Source: Candidatus Terraquivivens tengchongensis
Lineage (GTDB): Archaea; Thermoproteota; Nitrososphaeria_A; Caldarchaeales; Wolframiiraptoraceae
Direction: 5' to 3'
Length of the DNA stretch: 64,000 bases
Assembly (NCBI GenBank): GCA_023261845.1
Contig: JALNJZ010000001.1
Location: 128,001-192,000, forward strand
Position 1 is the stretch's first letter; each line of letters opens with the position of its first letter. This document shows, piece by piece, positions 50,879 to 61,227 of this stretch. Under the pieces are notes generated by a model, which was not told where the DNA came from, searched no databases, and saw only the letters and a list, made by a program, of their open reading frames with translations. The position numbers and the translations under genes are program-made.

Positions 50879-50917
50879 AACACGACCTACCTCTATCCAC
50901 AAAACCTACATAAAAGA

Positions 50918-51739
50918 GTGTTTATAATCATTAGTTTGAATTTGAGGTGGAGTATAAGGGTTGCTGCCATTCAAATAGAGCCTGGCGAAAACGTACAAGA
51001 AAATACAGCAAAGGCAGAGTCATTAATAAGGGCTGCAGTAAAGGCTGGAGCGGAGTTCATTTGTCTGCCGGAGATGTGGCTACACAAAGAGCCCATTCCA
51101 CATATAGACGAGGTTATCGATTCTGCCAAGTCCATTATCTCCAGATTCTCACAACTTGCTAAAGAACTGAATGTGGTATTAATCCCTGGAGCAGTATACG
51201 AAGAAAGCGGGAATGAAGTATTTGTGTCAGCATATGTGATAGCTCCAGATGGTAAAATAGTTGGAAGGCAGGATAAAGTTCACTTGTTTAGAGATGAGGG
51301 GGCGTTCTTTAAACCTGGCACAAATTTCGAGGTCTTTGAGGTTAATGACGTCAAGCTTGGCATCATGGTGTGTTATGATGTGGCATTCCCAGAATCTGCC
51401 CGATGTCTGACACTCAAGGGTGCGGAAATTATATTTAATCCATCGAGGATTGTAAAAGAAGCCATGGAACCTTGGCGCTTATACGTGAAAGCAAGATGTC
51501 TTGAGAATAGAGTACCCATCGTAGCCGTAAATATATACGACCATGCTCATTCAGGAGGTTCTTTTGTTTGCGTACCATCGGAAGGTGCCAAGAGGTTCAT
51601 CCACCCCGTCGTCTTAACACAAGCAGAGTCCGGATCAGCAACAATAACCTGTGACGTAGACCTACTCAGTATAGTAGAATTTAGACTCGATAGATTATCT
51701 AGAAGAGTTCCAGCAGCTTACAGATGTATAGTTGAATAG
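50918..51739 (+). CDS. Carbon-nitrogen hydrolase (nitrilase superfamily)
   Basis: CLPE, KVHL and VCYDVAFPE catalytic triad motifs; start uncertain. Confidence 0.88.
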   Translation: MFIIISLNLRWSIRVAAIQIEPGENVQENTAKAESLIRAAVKAGAEFICLPEMWLHKEPIPHIDEVIDSAKSIISRFSQLAKELNVVLIPGAVYEESGNEVFVSAYVIAPDGKIVGRQDKVHLFRDEGAFFKPGTNFEVFEVNDVKLGIMVCYDVAFPESARCLTLKGAEIIFNPSRIVKEAMEPWRLYVKARCLENRVPIVAVNIYDHAHSGGSFVCVPSEGAKRFIHPVVLTQAESGSATITCDVDLLSIVEFRLDRLSRRVPAAYRCIVE

Positions 51740-51750
51740 AACGTTTAAAG

Positions 51751-52035
51751 GTGAGCAGTATGAAGGCCAGAGCTCACGTATACATAAGCGGTATCGTACA
51801 GGGCGTGTTCTTTAGGTCCAATACGAAAAGGATGGCTGATAAGTTAGGCGTGAAAGGTTGGGTCAGGAACCTTCCTGATGGTAGGGTCGAGGCGATCTTC
51901 GAGGGAGAGAAGGAAGCGGTCACTTCCATAATAGAGTGGTGCCATAAAGGGCCTCCGGATGCTGTCGTAGAGAATGTAGATGTTATATGGGAGGAATACA
52001 GGGGCGAGTTCAAGGATTTTAGGATAATTTATTGA
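51751..52035 (+). CDS. acyP: Acylphosphatase
   Basis: [21 protein letters not shown]. Confidence 0.93.
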   Translation: MSSMKARAHVYISGIVQGVFFRSNTKRMADKLGVKGWVRNLPDGRVEAIFEGEKEAVTSIIEWCHKGPPDAVVENVDVIWEEYRGEFKDFRIIY

Positions 52036-53084
52036 GTTTTTATGACTCTCTGAAGTATTCTGGAAGCACTCAGCCCTTCAGCAATACCAGCTGCTATGAT
52101 GGATATGTTCCTTACTTCAAGTTCTTTAAGCCTTAGGAGTGCAAGAGGTACGCTGACACTGAATATGTCCCTCAAAAATGCTTCTGATGCTCTCTCTAAG
52201 GACAGTTTCTCAAAGGCCTCCTCAAGCGCCCTTATTATTGCAACACCTGATGTTGGTAGTTCGGGCAGCATGGATGTGTAGGGAGTCTTCTCCTCTAAAA
52301 TATGCAGGATATCAGGTATGCTCTCGGCCTCGACCATCATATTTATGACGTCTCTCGAAATATTTACCGCCTTGTCTAACAAGAAACGTCTAATCTCAGC
52401 GACGGTGAGTCCCCATAATTTAGACCTCATGATTGCTAATACCATATAACCATCTACATCAACTGCTACTATCTGTCTGACCCTTTTACGCTCGGCGAAA
52501 CGTAACTTACTAAATCCTTCCAGAACTTCTGAGAAGTATGCCTTATCCATGGCTGTGTCAAAAACGGCGAGGTCCTTCTCTTTCTCATAAACCTCGAAAG
52601 CCAAATATGCCACATCACTAAACTTCGTTCCGGACAAGGACTTCACGGCCTCTGCCAGGTCTTTTGCCGCCATAGCCTTTACAACGATGTCTCTCCTTTT
52701 TACCAATTCTTCTGCCCTGAAGTCAACAAGTTCTAGAAGTTCTTCGTAGCTCTTGCCCAAGGCCTTACCTTTTAGAATTGTCTTGAGATTCGATGTTAAG
52801 TATTTCATATAATAGGCCTGGATTATGGCAGCATTCTTTGACTTCATGGCCATGTCAAAATGAACTTCAATTAAGCGTCTTCTTAATGCCAATTCTATAC
52901 TGATGGGCTTTAACGGTCTTGGAAGATTAGATACGTAGGGACCATAATCTGTCGGTCTTAGCTTTTCAACCAACTCATCGAGGTTTTTGGAACTAGCCAA
53001 CTCTTCCAGCATAGCATATGAGAGCAGTTTGCCCTTTAGACCGTAACTCTTTCCTATAACATACTCTAAGTCTCGAAGCGTCAT
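52029..53084 (-). CDS. atpC: A/V-type ATP synthase subunit C (d-like)
   Basis: [33 protein letters not shown]. Confidence 0.85.
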   Translation of the reverse strand: MTLRDLEYVIGKSYGLKGKLLSYAMLEELASSKNLDELVEKLRPTDYGPYVSNLPRPLKPISIELALRRRLIEVHFDMAMKSKNAAIIQAYYMKYLTSNLKTILKGKALGKSYEELLELVDFRAEELVKRRDIVVKAMAAKDLAEAVKSLSGTKFSDVAYLAFEVYEKEKDLAVFDTAMDKAYFSEVLEGFSKLRFAERKRVRQIVAVDVDGYMVLAIMRSKLWGLTVAEIRRFLLDKAVNISRDVINMMVEAESIPDILHILEEKTPYTSMLPELPTSGVAIIRALEEAFEKLSLERASEAFLRDIFSVSVPLALLRLKELEVRNISIIAAGIAEGLSASRILQRVIKTQ

Positions 53085-53428
53085 ATTATTTCCTTCTTCC
53101 CTAATAACACATCTATCGTGAACTGTATTGCATCGTTTAACTTACCTTCTATCCTTGCCTTCAGCTTTGTTAACAACTCCTTATTCTTCTCGAGTACTCT
53201 TTCCGCTTCGGCTCTGGCCTCGGATTGGGCCTGTTTTACCATCTCATCTGCGACCATCCTCACATTTTTTAGTGCAACTTCTTTAGCAATAATTGCCTCG
53301 CTCTTGGCTAACTCTAAGATTTCCCTTCGAGCTTTTTCAGCATATGTCTTCAATTCATCCAATTCCTTATCCACATTTAATAACAAAGAGATGATGTTCT
53401 CAAACTCCTCCTTACCGACGAGTACCAT
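53081..53428 (-). CDS. Probable A-type ATP synthase peripheral stalk subunit H/G
   Basis: Charged coiled coil with an A/E/K heptad pattern ending AIQFTIDVLL; overlaps the atpC start. Confidence 0.65.
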   Translation of the reverse strand: MVLVGKEEFENIISLLLNVDKELDELKTYAEKARREILELAKSEAIIAKEVALKNVRMVADEMVKQAQSEARAEAERVLEKNKELLTKLKARIEGKLNDAIQFTIDVLLGKKEII

Positions 53429-53527
53429 CTCAAGTCAACTCAGTGGCAGTCGGGAGATTTATAATTTTTACCAAGGGTTAGAGAGGCATAAATATGACTC
53501 TGTGCCTAGAATTGGTTGTGAAAGGTC

Positions 53528-53782
53528 TTGAGAGCTTATGTGATGCTCACGACAAAGCCTGGCACTTCCATGGAAGTTCTGAAGTATATAAAAGAAGTTG
53601 GCAGTATTGAGGGCGTAGTCCAAGCTGACCCGGTCTTTGGAAGGTTTGATGCGATAGTCGTGGTTGAGGTCCCAAGTTTAGAAAAACTGAGTGAAGTCAT
53701 CTATAAAGTAATAGAAAAAATTCCTAATGTTATACACACTGAGACAGCTATAGTGCTTGCTCCTCTTAAAAGTGAGGAATGA
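53528..53782 (+). CDS. Stand-alone Lrp/AsnC ligand-binding (RAM) domain protein
   Basis: AYVML...PG, VFGRFDAIVVVE, VIHTETAIV; no HTH. Confidence 0.85.
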   Translation: MRAYVMLTTKPGTSMEVLKYIKEVGSIEGVVQADPVFGRFDAIVVVEVPSLEKLSEVIYKVIEKIPNVIHTETAIVLAPLKSEE

Positions 53783-54141
53783 TGCCCGTCATCGCATTCG
53801 TGTTGGTCAGAACAGTTCCTGGTACGTCGCATGAGCTCATAGCGTCTAGAAAGATTAAGGGTGTTAAGATGGCCCATAGCGTGTTCGGCAGGTACGATGC
53901 CGTCCTAGTGTTAACTGCGAAAGATTTTTATGAGTTGTCGAAAATCATATACGAAGTTGTCGAAAAGCATCCAAATGTTGTGCATACAGAGACGTTAATA
54001 GCCATGCCATATCCACTCCCGGAGGTGAAGAAGCCCGTAGAAAAACCCCACAGAGTTATTTCGTTTCACTGTCCGAGTTGCCACCATCTAGTTGAGCAGG
54101 ATTCAACTATCTGCCCATTCTGCGGATATGTATTCCAATAA
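53779..54141 (+). CDS. Lrp/AsnC ligand-binding domain fused to a C-terminal zinc ribbon
   Basis: VFGRYDAVL, VVHTETLI, then CPSC...CPFCG. Confidence 0.8.
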   Translation: MMPVIAFVLVRTVPGTSHELIASRKIKGVKMAHSVFGRYDAVLVLTAKDFYELSKIIYEVVEKHPNVVHTETLIAMPYPLPEVKKPVEKPHRVISFHCPSCHHLVEQDSTICPFCGYVFQ

Positions 54142-54179
54142 ACAGAGTTATATTTTGGCTCACTGAATATATTAAAGAG

Positions 54180-54605
54180 GTGAATTGTGTGGTTGAGAAA
54201 CTTGCTATAGTGCTCTTCTCTGGAACTGTCGATAAGCTCTACCCGGTCAGCATAATCGCCTCTGGTGCTGTCGCAATGGGCATGGAAGTTGACATCTTCG
54301 CGACTTTTTGGGGTTTAAACGCGTTAAGGAAAGATATGCTGACTACCAACACGAAAATCTCGAAAGACTTTGAGGACATGGGTCAGGCTATGATGCAACT
54401 GATGGAGCAGAAGAACGTTCAACCATGGTATGAAATACTTAAGAAAGCAAAGGAGTTAGGGAACGTGAGAGTACATGCATGTGCTATGACTTTTGACCTT
54501 ATGGGGATGAAAAAAGAGGACCTTGCGGACTTCGTTGACGATGTCGTAGCTGTTGGTGAATTCATCAATATAGCAAAGGATGCTAAGATAACGCTGTTTA
54601 TATAA
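54180..54605 (+). CDS. DsrE/DsrF/DrsH-like (DsrE2) sulfur relay protein
   Basis: LFSGTVDK, FATFWGL, ACAMTFDLMG, TLFI. Confidence 0.88.
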   Translation: MNCVVEKLAIVLFSGTVDKLYPVSIIASGAVAMGMEVDIFATFWGLNALRKDMLTTNTKISKDFEDMGQAMMQLMEQKNVQPWYEILKKAKELGNVRVHACAMTFDLMGMKKEDLADFVDDVVAVGEFINIAKDAKITLFI

Positions 54606-54625
54606 AAAGCAGGTGATGGAACGGC

Positions 54626-54868
54626 ATGGGTCAAGACGTTAAGGTTGACAGAGTAATAGATGCTAGAGGCAGTTTCTGTCCAGGACCTCTGATGGAGCTG
54701 ATTAAGGCAATTAGGGAGGCTAAAGTCGGTGAGGTTATCAGCGTTTACTCTTCTGACAGCGGATCAAAGCGTGACATACCTCTTTGGGTCAAGAAGGCTG
54801 GTCATGAGCTGATCGGGGTTTTCGACCGTAACGGTTATGCAGAGTTCATTGTTCGGAAGAAGCGTTAA
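54626..54868 (+). CDS. tusA: TusA family sulfur carrier
   Basis: [26 protein letters not shown]. Confidence 0.9.
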   Translation: MGQDVKVDRVIDARGSFCPGPLMELIKAIREAKVGEVISVYSSDSGSKRDIPLWVKKAGHELIGVFDRNGYAEFIVRKKR

Positions 54869-54870
54869 CC

Positions 54871-55347
54871 ATGAAGAAAGTTCTGATACTAGGTGGCGGA
54901 GTAGGTGGCACGATAGTTGCGAATGTCCTAGCAAGAAAAGTCTCTCCGAGCGAAGCGAATATAACGCTCGTTGATGCAACAGGAAAACACGCTTACCAAC
55001 CTGGTTTTATTTATGTCGCTTTTGGTGATGCGAAGCCAGAGAACTTAGTCGGAGATGAAAGAAGTTTACTTGATAAACACGTTAATTTAATCATTGATGA
55101 AGCTATTTTGATAGAGTCTAACGAAAGGAGGGTCCATTTAAAATCTGGTAGAATCCTAGAATATGATTATTTGGTTGTGGCTACCGGCGCTAGGTTATGT
55201 CCTGAAGAATTATCAGATTTTAAGGCCGCACATCACTTTTATGATCTTGATGCCTCAATAAGGTTGAGGAGGGTGCTTGATAACTTTCCAGGCGGCAGGG
55301 TCGTGATTGGCATAGGTATACCCTACAAATGTCCAGCCCGCACGTGA
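54871..55347 (+). pseudogene. Truncated sulfide:quinone oxidoreductase-like flavoprotein
   Basis: LILGGGVGG, HAYQPG, YDYLVVATG; ends at PYKCP after only 158 aa, whereas full-length homologs are roughly 380 aa. Confidence 0.75.
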
Positions 55348-55466
55348 AACTTTTTCTATTAGTGTCTCCTAACAGAATTAGTTGCTTCCCGTTTGGTTTC
55401 GTTTTAGGACAGTTCACGTGATGACACCTGTATACTCTGCTGTTCTTCGTTATGTTCTCTTTTAAT

Positions 55467-55660
55467 TTATGTTTGGAACGGGACTATATAGATATTGTTT
55501 CCTTCTTTCTCTCTTAACAAGCTTTAGGTGTCTCAGTATTGCAATTTGAGTTTCCAGCTCGTGTCTGGGGATTTTCAGCTGGTTTAGGAGCTCATCTATT
55601 GTGATTTTTCCCTTTGACTTAACGAGGTTGTAGATTCTTTTTCTGGTTTTCTGAAGAGGT
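55467..55660 (-). pseudogene. Frameshifted C-terminal wHTH remnant
   Basis: PLQKTRKRIYNLVKSKGKITIDELLNQLKIPRHELETQIAILRHLKLVK, frameshift, then EKEGNNIYIVPFQT*; no 5' part present. Confidence 0.55.
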
Positions 55661-55728
55661 TAACCCTTCAATAAAATTGTCTAGTAAAAGGCGATGTTTA
55701 ACCTCTTAAGATTTGTAGTGGAGATTGT

Positions 55729-56490
55729 TCAAGCCTCTATGGGAGCGACAATTTTATGTTCTTTGATTACGATTGTTGGAACGCCGTAAACTTTAAAGAG
55801 GTTTTCTGGGTTAAATACGTCATCAGGCTTTCCAGCCGCGAAAACCCTTCCCCTGTTTAACAGTAAAATTTTGTCGGATACCCTGTATGCTTGGGTAAGA
55901 TCGTGGATCGCCATTATTATAATTAAGCCTCTTGATCGTAACGACTTTATAATGTTCAAAGTTTCCAGCTGGTATTTGAGGTCTAGGCTGTTTGTCGGCT
56001 CGTCCAGAAGCATGACTTCAGGCTCTCCAGCTAAAGCTCTGGCGATTATGACCCTTTGAAGCTCGCCTCCGCTGAGCTCCTCCAATGTTCTATCAGCAAG
56101 GTCGACAGCGTCAACGGTCTTTAAAGCCTCATAGACTTTCTCTTCATCGGTTTTCGACGGGGCAAAGTCTATGTATGGTCTTCTCCCGGTCATCACAAAA
56201 TCATAGACCGTCAACATTCCAGAAGTGTAGACTTTTTGTGGGACAACTCCGGTTTTACGTGCAACCTCTTTCCTAGGAATTTCACTTAAAGGTTTCTTGT
56301 CGATATATATGACACCCATGTGTGGCTTTAAAACTCCGTTAATCACCTTTAAAAGTGTGCTCTTACCCGCTCCGTTAGGTCCTATAACTGAAAGCGTTTC
56401 ACCAGCATATACGTTTAATGATACACCGTCTAAAGCTTTAATGCTTTGATAATAAACTTTTACGTCTTTAACGTTAATCTCTATAACCAT
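55729..56490 (-). CDS. Metal-chelate ABC transporter ATP-binding protein (FecE/BtuD-like)
   Basis: GPNGAGKST, LSGGELQR, LLDEPT, IHDL. Confidence 0.9.
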   Translation of the reverse strand: MVIEINVKDVKVYYQSIKALDGVSLNVYAGETLSVIGPNGAGKSTLLKVINGVLKPHMGVIYIDKKPLSEIPRKEVARKTGVVPQKVYTSGMLTVYDFVMTGRRPYIDFAPSKTDEEKVYEALKTVDAVDLADRTLEELSGGELQRVIIARALAGEPEVMLLDEPTNSLDLKYQLETLNIIKSLRSRGLIIIMAIHDLTQAYRVSDKILLLNRGRVFAAGKPDDVFNPENLFKVYGVPTIVIKEHKIVAPIEA

Positions 56491-57523
56491 GCCTACCCCC
56501 TTTAAGGAGAAGGTAAACAAGCAGTGGAACACCTATAAGCGATGTCATTATCCCAACAGGAATTATTGTGGGGGCTATAATGGTTCTGCCAACAGTGTCC
56601 GACAGCGTGAGGATTAACGAACCCATAACCATGGAGGCAGGCATCAAGTATCTATGGCCGCCTCCAAAAATCAGCCTAGCTGCATGAGGCGCAATAAGGC
56701 AAACAAAGCCTATAACACCCACAAAGGACGTGGCAAGTGCTGCAGCCAACGCCGCCACTATTGTTGTTTCAAGCCTAATTCTTTGCGGGTTTACACCAGC
56801 AGACTTCGCCAGTTCATCCCCGCTTAGAATTAAGTCATAATCTAAACTTCTCAATATGAAGTAGGGAATAACAATCGCCAAAGACACGACGGCAACGAGA
56901 TCAAACTCCACCCGTGCTATTCTTCCAAGATCACCGAAAGTCCAGAAGACAACAGTTGAGACAAGCACCTCGTTGAGGTATAAATACTGCAGCAAATAAA
57001 GAACCGCCTGATACGCGAAAGATACAGCAATGGCTGATAGGACAAGCGCCCCTGAACTCAATCCAGCCCTGTATGCGAGAAGAAGTATAACCATAACTTG
57101 GATAAGGGAGAAGACAAACGCGAATGTTGATACAACGAACGGGTTGTACACTTGTATACGAAATCTTTGAATTTCCCCTCCATGCATTATCAGAAGGGAA
57201 AATGCAACACCTAAAGAAGCTGCTGAGGAAAGCCCAAAAGTGAATGGGGATGCCAAAGGATTCCTCATAGACGCCTGTATGGCGGTGCCTGAGCCACCCA
57301 ATATTGCCCCTATAACAATTGCGGCTAGAACGCGCCTAAGTCTTAAATCCCAAACAACCGTCGACAACACACTGTTGTCTGGCATAATAAGAACCCGAAC
57401 AATGTCAAAAAGCGAAGCCTTATACCATCCTAAAGATATAGAAACAGGAACCAAAAAAAGTGTTAAAAAAATTAAGGTAATTAGAGCCAGCTGCTTTTTC
57501 CTCTTTGGTTGTAGCCTAACCAA
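56474..57523 (-). CDS. FecCD-type ABC transporter permease
   Basis: LRLRR, RNPLASPFTFG, GVIGFVCLIAPH, PVGIMTSLIG. Confidence 0.92.
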   Translation of the reverse strand: MVRLQPKRKKQLALITLIFLTLFLVPVSISLGWYKASLFDIVRVLIMPDNSVLSTVVWDLRLRRVLAAIVIGAILGGSGTAIQASMRNPLASPFTFGLSSAASLGVAFSLLIMHGGEIQRFRIQVYNPFVVSTFAFVFSLIQVMVILLLAYRAGLSSGALVLSAIAVSFAYQAVLYLLQYLYLNEVLVSTVVFWTFGDLGRIARVEFDLVAVVSLAIVIPYFILRSLDYDLILSGDELAKSAGVNPQRIRLETTIVAALAAALATSFVGVIGFVCLIAPHAARLIFGGGHRYLMPASMVMGSLILTLSDTVGRTIIAPTIIPVGIMTSLIGVPLLVYLLLKGGRHGYRD

Positions 57524-57525
57524 AG

Positions 57526-58680
57526 CTATGACACCTTGAAGAATTCAGACAGGTTCTTGAACCCACCATAAGCCTCCGTATAGGACTGGTAGAGGGGCTT
57601 ACCGAGGAAAAAGCTGAAAATCTCGTCAGCCTTCTTTGCGGGGTCTACGTCAGCGAATTTGTCCGGATATAGCACTTTGCCAATGTAGTATGCATCAGCT
57701 AAAGCTACTGCAACATTCGTGTGGTAATAGTTGTAGGGAAGTGTGCCGTAAACGCGGCCATCTTTGAAAGCATTTAACTGCAAGTACTTAGACGGATCCT
57801 TGTCAAAGTCTTGTTTTACCGTGTTTAGATTTCCCTCGTCAATAAACACTACGTCAGGCTGTTCTTGGAGTATAGCTTCAAAATCCCAGAAGAAGATGCC
57901 TGTCTGGTTTGAGTACTTGTCAGCGATGGATGGAGTGTGCAGAAGGGTGAGTGGTGGGAAGGGCGTTTGGGTTGTGGTGAACGGTTGAGCACCTTTATAG
58001 GATACTGCGCCAACGTAAACCTTCGGCCGGGATGAAATTTCCTTAGTTCTGGCTTCCAAATCTGCGCATAGGCTGTTTATAAAGCTTATTAATTCTTCAG
58101 CTCTCTCCCTTTTGTTTAATGCTTTACCGAGAACCCTTAAGGCGTTAGCAAAACCCTCAACATCCAATTGTCCAGCTGGACCATAATCCATAACAATAAC
58201 CGTAGAGTTTGTCTCGCTCTGCAGCCTATCTGGATCGTACATTTCCGCGTATATGCGCGACATTATTATGAGGTCTGGCTTTACAGTTAATATCAACTCT
58301 GGCGCTGGAGGTTTGCCTGGACCACCTGGTCCTATTACTGGAAGGTTTTGAAAAACTTGGCCGAAAGCCATGGCATAGTCTCTGCCCGTGAAACCCCATT
58401 TTGTTTCGCTTTCCTCAACACCGACAAGTAGGTCGTAGGCATTTAGGTAGCAAACTAGTCTAAGCATTCCAGGACCAATGGCTACTACACGTGTAACACT
58501 TTCAGGCAACGTAACATTTCTCCCTAGAACATCTATCACATAATTTTCTGATGGCGTTTTTTGTTCTGGCGGCAAGTGGAACTTGAAAACTAAAGAGGTC
58601 GCGACAACCGCTACGGCTACAACTATTATCAAGGCTGCCGTCTGTATTTTGGTTAAACCTTTTCCGTCCATGGCGCTCAC
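57526..58680 (-). CDS. Metal-chelate ABC transporter substrate-binding protein
   Basis: N-terminal TM anchor, DVLGRNVTLP...RVVAIGPG, KPDLII. Confidence 0.88.
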   Translation of the reverse strand: MSAMDGKGLTKIQTAALIIVVAVAVVATSLVFKFHLPPEQKTPSENYVIDVLGRNVTLPESVTRVVAIGPGMLRLVCYLNAYDLLVGVEESETKWGFTGRDYAMAFGQVFQNLPVIGPGGPGKPPAPELILTVKPDLIIMSRIYAEMYDPDRLQSETNSTVIVMDYGPAGQLDVEGFANALRVLGKALNKRERAEELISFINSLCADLEARTKEISSRPKVYVGAVSYKGAQPFTTTQTPFPPLTLLHTPSIADKYSNQTGIFFWDFEAILQEQPDVVFIDEGNLNTVKQDFDKDPSKYLQLNAFKDGRVYGTLPYNYYHTNVAVALADAYYIGKVLYPDKFADVDPAKKADEIFSFFLGKPLYQSYTEAYGGFKNLSEFFKVS

Positions 58681-59348
58681 CGGACGTATGGAACCTTAAA
58701 GCGTGGCACTATGCCTCTACCGACGACGGCTTCACATTCGCCCTGGCAGGTTAGGCATACCGTCTTCCCATCAACGAAATTAACCCTCGTTTTCATGACT
58801 AGTTCTCCACACTTTTCGCACCTAACACTCTCAAAAATTGGAGCCCTCTCAATCTCCTTCACTTCAACCTCTTCAATTTTGAATTCTTCTTCAGGAAGAT
58901 TGCTCATGGCATAGCCTATTTCTGTCCACATTTTCCGCAGCTTTTCAACGTCTTCAGATGTTCCAGTCCTCTTTGCAACAACCTTCTCAAAAAGTTCCAA
59001 TGCCTCTTTTTTGAAATGTTTCTCACGAAGTTTATCCCCATCAACGTAAACCCTTACGCCTTTCCAATCGCTTCTCCTAACAAGCGTTAACGCGTTTTTA
59101 CCAACATCAAGATATATTAGGCAATTGTTTCCAAGGGTGCAGCCAGTTGCAACCTGAACGCCATCAGCAAAGCAATTGTTACACTCGATAATGGCTAAAA
59201 CTTCCTCTCCAACAGTCTCGGTTTCACCGGCCTTTCTAACTCCAAGTCTTTTCATAGCAATTTCAGAAGCCCTCAAACCCAAAACCAAAAAGGGACATAT
59301 ATGTCCATGAAGCTCTTTCGCCTTTTCAATCAAAGCCTGATCAACCAT
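58677..59348 (-). CDS. FmdE family protein with C-terminal zinc finger
   Basis: HGHICP..LG.R, CFADGVQ..TGCTLG, CEKCGE...CLTC. Confidence 0.9.
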   Translation of the reverse strand: MVDQALIEKAKELHGHICPFLVLGLRASEIAMKRLGVRKAGETETVGEEVLAIIECNNCFADGVQVATGCTLGNNCLIYLDVGKNALTLVRRSDWKGVRVYVDGDKLREKHFKKEALELFEKVVAKRTGTSEDVEKLRKMWTEIGYAMSNLPEEEFKIEEVEVKEIERAPIFESVRCEKCGELVMKTRVNFVDGKTVCLTCQGECEAVVGRGIVPRFKVPYVR

Positions 59349-59362
59349 ACAACCTTCACCTG

Positions 59363-59390
59363 GTATTACTTTTTTTAAGAAAAGTAACAC
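59363..59390. promoter_or_regulatory. 28-bp inverted repeat, NikR-like operator of the fmdE-ABC operon
   Basis: GTATTACTTTT-TTTAAG-AAAAGTAACAC (one mismatch) between a TTTATTAA TATA-like box (~59400-59407) and the fmdE start. Confidence 0.6.
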
Positions 59391-59612
59391 TAAAGTTAAT
59401 TAATAAATTTTTCCCAAAAAGTAACAGGTTTCGCTTTATATCATCACTGCAGTCTATTTCTTCGTAGGACATTCTCCCCTTTTTGGATGCTGTCGCTAAT
59501 ACTGCTGCCCAAGATAGTTGTCTGCTTGCCTGGAAAATCGCCTTCCTAAAACTTCGTTAACCTTTTTAGGCTTTCCAAATTGTATACCTCAAAAATAAAG
59601 GGATTTGATGGT

Positions 59613-59945
59613 TTAGCGTGCAATGTATGGTTTTTTAACTTGTTCTACAACCTTTAGAGCTACTATCTTCGGCATGTAGTGGCTTATTGTAAGGATTGTT
59701 CCCCATATGGCTAGTGTGACAATGAACATGGCTGATCCTACGGTGACCATTTCATGAGGCATTACTGGTATGTCTGCAGGGTTTCGCCATTGCCGTTAAG
59801 AATGGTGACCATGGGACGGCTTCAGCATGTCATACGTGTTCTAACACCAACAGTATTACGCCGCCCCATAATAGCGCGTTAAGAATCCAAAGCTTCAACT
59901 TCTCAACAAAGCTTCGCGCCGTCTTCTGTATGATTGATGTGATTC
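59613..59945 (-). pseudogene. Disrupted small membrane protein gene
   Basis: ITSIIQKTARSFVEKLKLWILNALLWGGVILLVLEHV*HAEAVPWSPFLTAM, frameshift, then RNPADIPVMPHEMVTVGSAMFIVTLAIWG; premature TGA at 59830-59832. Confidence 0.6.
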
Positions 59946-60093
59946 AAGAAACAACAGAAGTTACTGCTCGGCAGCTCTTAACTGGTATACCAACGTGAAC
60001 AAGCATCGCTAAAATTGCAATTTTTACTTTAAGGTTAACTAGAGAGCCTTGAATAGAAAATGTTTTAAAACCCGAAGTTTATGCTATAGTTCC

Positions 60094-61227
60094 ATGGCAA
60101 AATACAAGATTGCTGTGCTACCGGGCGATGGGATAGGCGTTGAGGTGATAAAGGCTGCACTTATGGTTTTGGAGGCGGCAAACTTTGATGCTGAGTATAT
60201 TCATGGTGATATAGGCTGGGAATTTTGGTGTAAGGAGGGGAACCCGCTACCAGACAGGACGCTTAAGATCATAAAAGAGACGGATTGTGCGCTTTTTGGT
60301 GCCATAACCTCTAAACCAAAGGAAGATGCTGAAAAGGAGCTCGCACCAGAGCTCCGAGGGAAAGGTTTTACTTACTATAGTCCGATAATTCGCCTAAGGC
60401 AGGAGCTGGACCTTTATGCATGCGTTCGACCGTGCAAAGCCTTTTCAGGGAATCCCCTAAACTACAGAGATGGTATAGATATCGTGATATTCAGGGAAAA
60501 CACTGAGGGGCTTTACGCAGGTGTTGAGTTCTACCCGCTAAGTAGAAAGGTGTTCGACGCATTATGCGAGAACGTTAGGATGAAGGAGTTTGAAAAGTTT
60601 GGCCTTGAAAACGTGGCGGTTTCTCTTCGGGTTATGACGAAACAGGCCTGTGAAAGGATCGTTAGGGCCGCTTTCGAGTATGCGAGAAAACACAAAAGAA
60701 GGTCGGTCACGGTCGTTGATAAACCAAACGTGTTAAGGGAGACGGGTGGATTGATGCTGAGCGTTGCCAGAAAGATAGCGGCTGAGTATCCGGATATAGA
60801 ATATAGGGAGGCGAACGTAGATGCAATGTGTATGTGGATGTTAAAGAACCCGCTCGAGCATGACATAATAGTAGCCGAGAATATGTTCGGCGATATACTT
60901 TCAGATTTGGCGGCACAATTCGTTGGAGGTCTTGGATTCGCTTACAGCGGCAACATAGGTGACAATTACGCAATCTTCGAGCCAGTTCATGGTTCGGCAC
61001 CAAAGCACGCTGGCAAAAACAAGGCAAACCCAATAGCTGCAATAATGGCTGGTAAGATGATGGTTGAGTGGCTCGGCGAGGTTGAGGTGGCGCGGGCCAT
61101 AGAAGAGGCTGTAGCGGAAGTGATACTAGAAGGGAAGTTAAGGACATATGATATGGGGGGGCAGACTACTACTACAGAGATGGCTGAGGGCATAGCCTCA
61201 AAGGTCGCCAAAAAAACAAAAAGGTAA
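60094..61227 (+). CDS. Isocitrate/isopropylmalate dehydrogenase family protein
   Basis: LPGDGIG.EV, RENTEG.Y, NMFGDILSD, FEPVHGSAP...ANP. Confidence 0.9.
   Translation: MAKYKIAVLPGDGIGVEVIKAALMVLEAANFDAEYIHGDIGWEFWCKEGNPLPDRTLKIIKETDCALFGAITSKPKEDAEKELAPELRGKGFTYYSPIIRLRQELDLYACVRPCKAFSGNPLNYRDGIDIVIFRENTEGLYAGVEFYPLSRKVFDALCENVRMKEFEKFGLENVAVSLRVMTKQACERIVRAAFEYARKHKRRSVTVVDKPNVLRETGGLMLSVARKIAAEYPDIEYREANVDAMCMWMLKNPLEHDIIVAENMFGDILSDLAAQFVGGLGFAYSGNIGDNYAIFEPVHGSAPKHAGKNKANPIAAIMAGKMMVEWLGEVEVARAIEEAVAEVILEGKLRTYDMGGQTTTTEMAEGIASKVAKKTKR

Noticed and set aside
59430-59580. Further pseudogene fragment upstream of fmdE
   Set aside because: Short broken frames with an RBS-like GAGGT, but no family similarity I can support.
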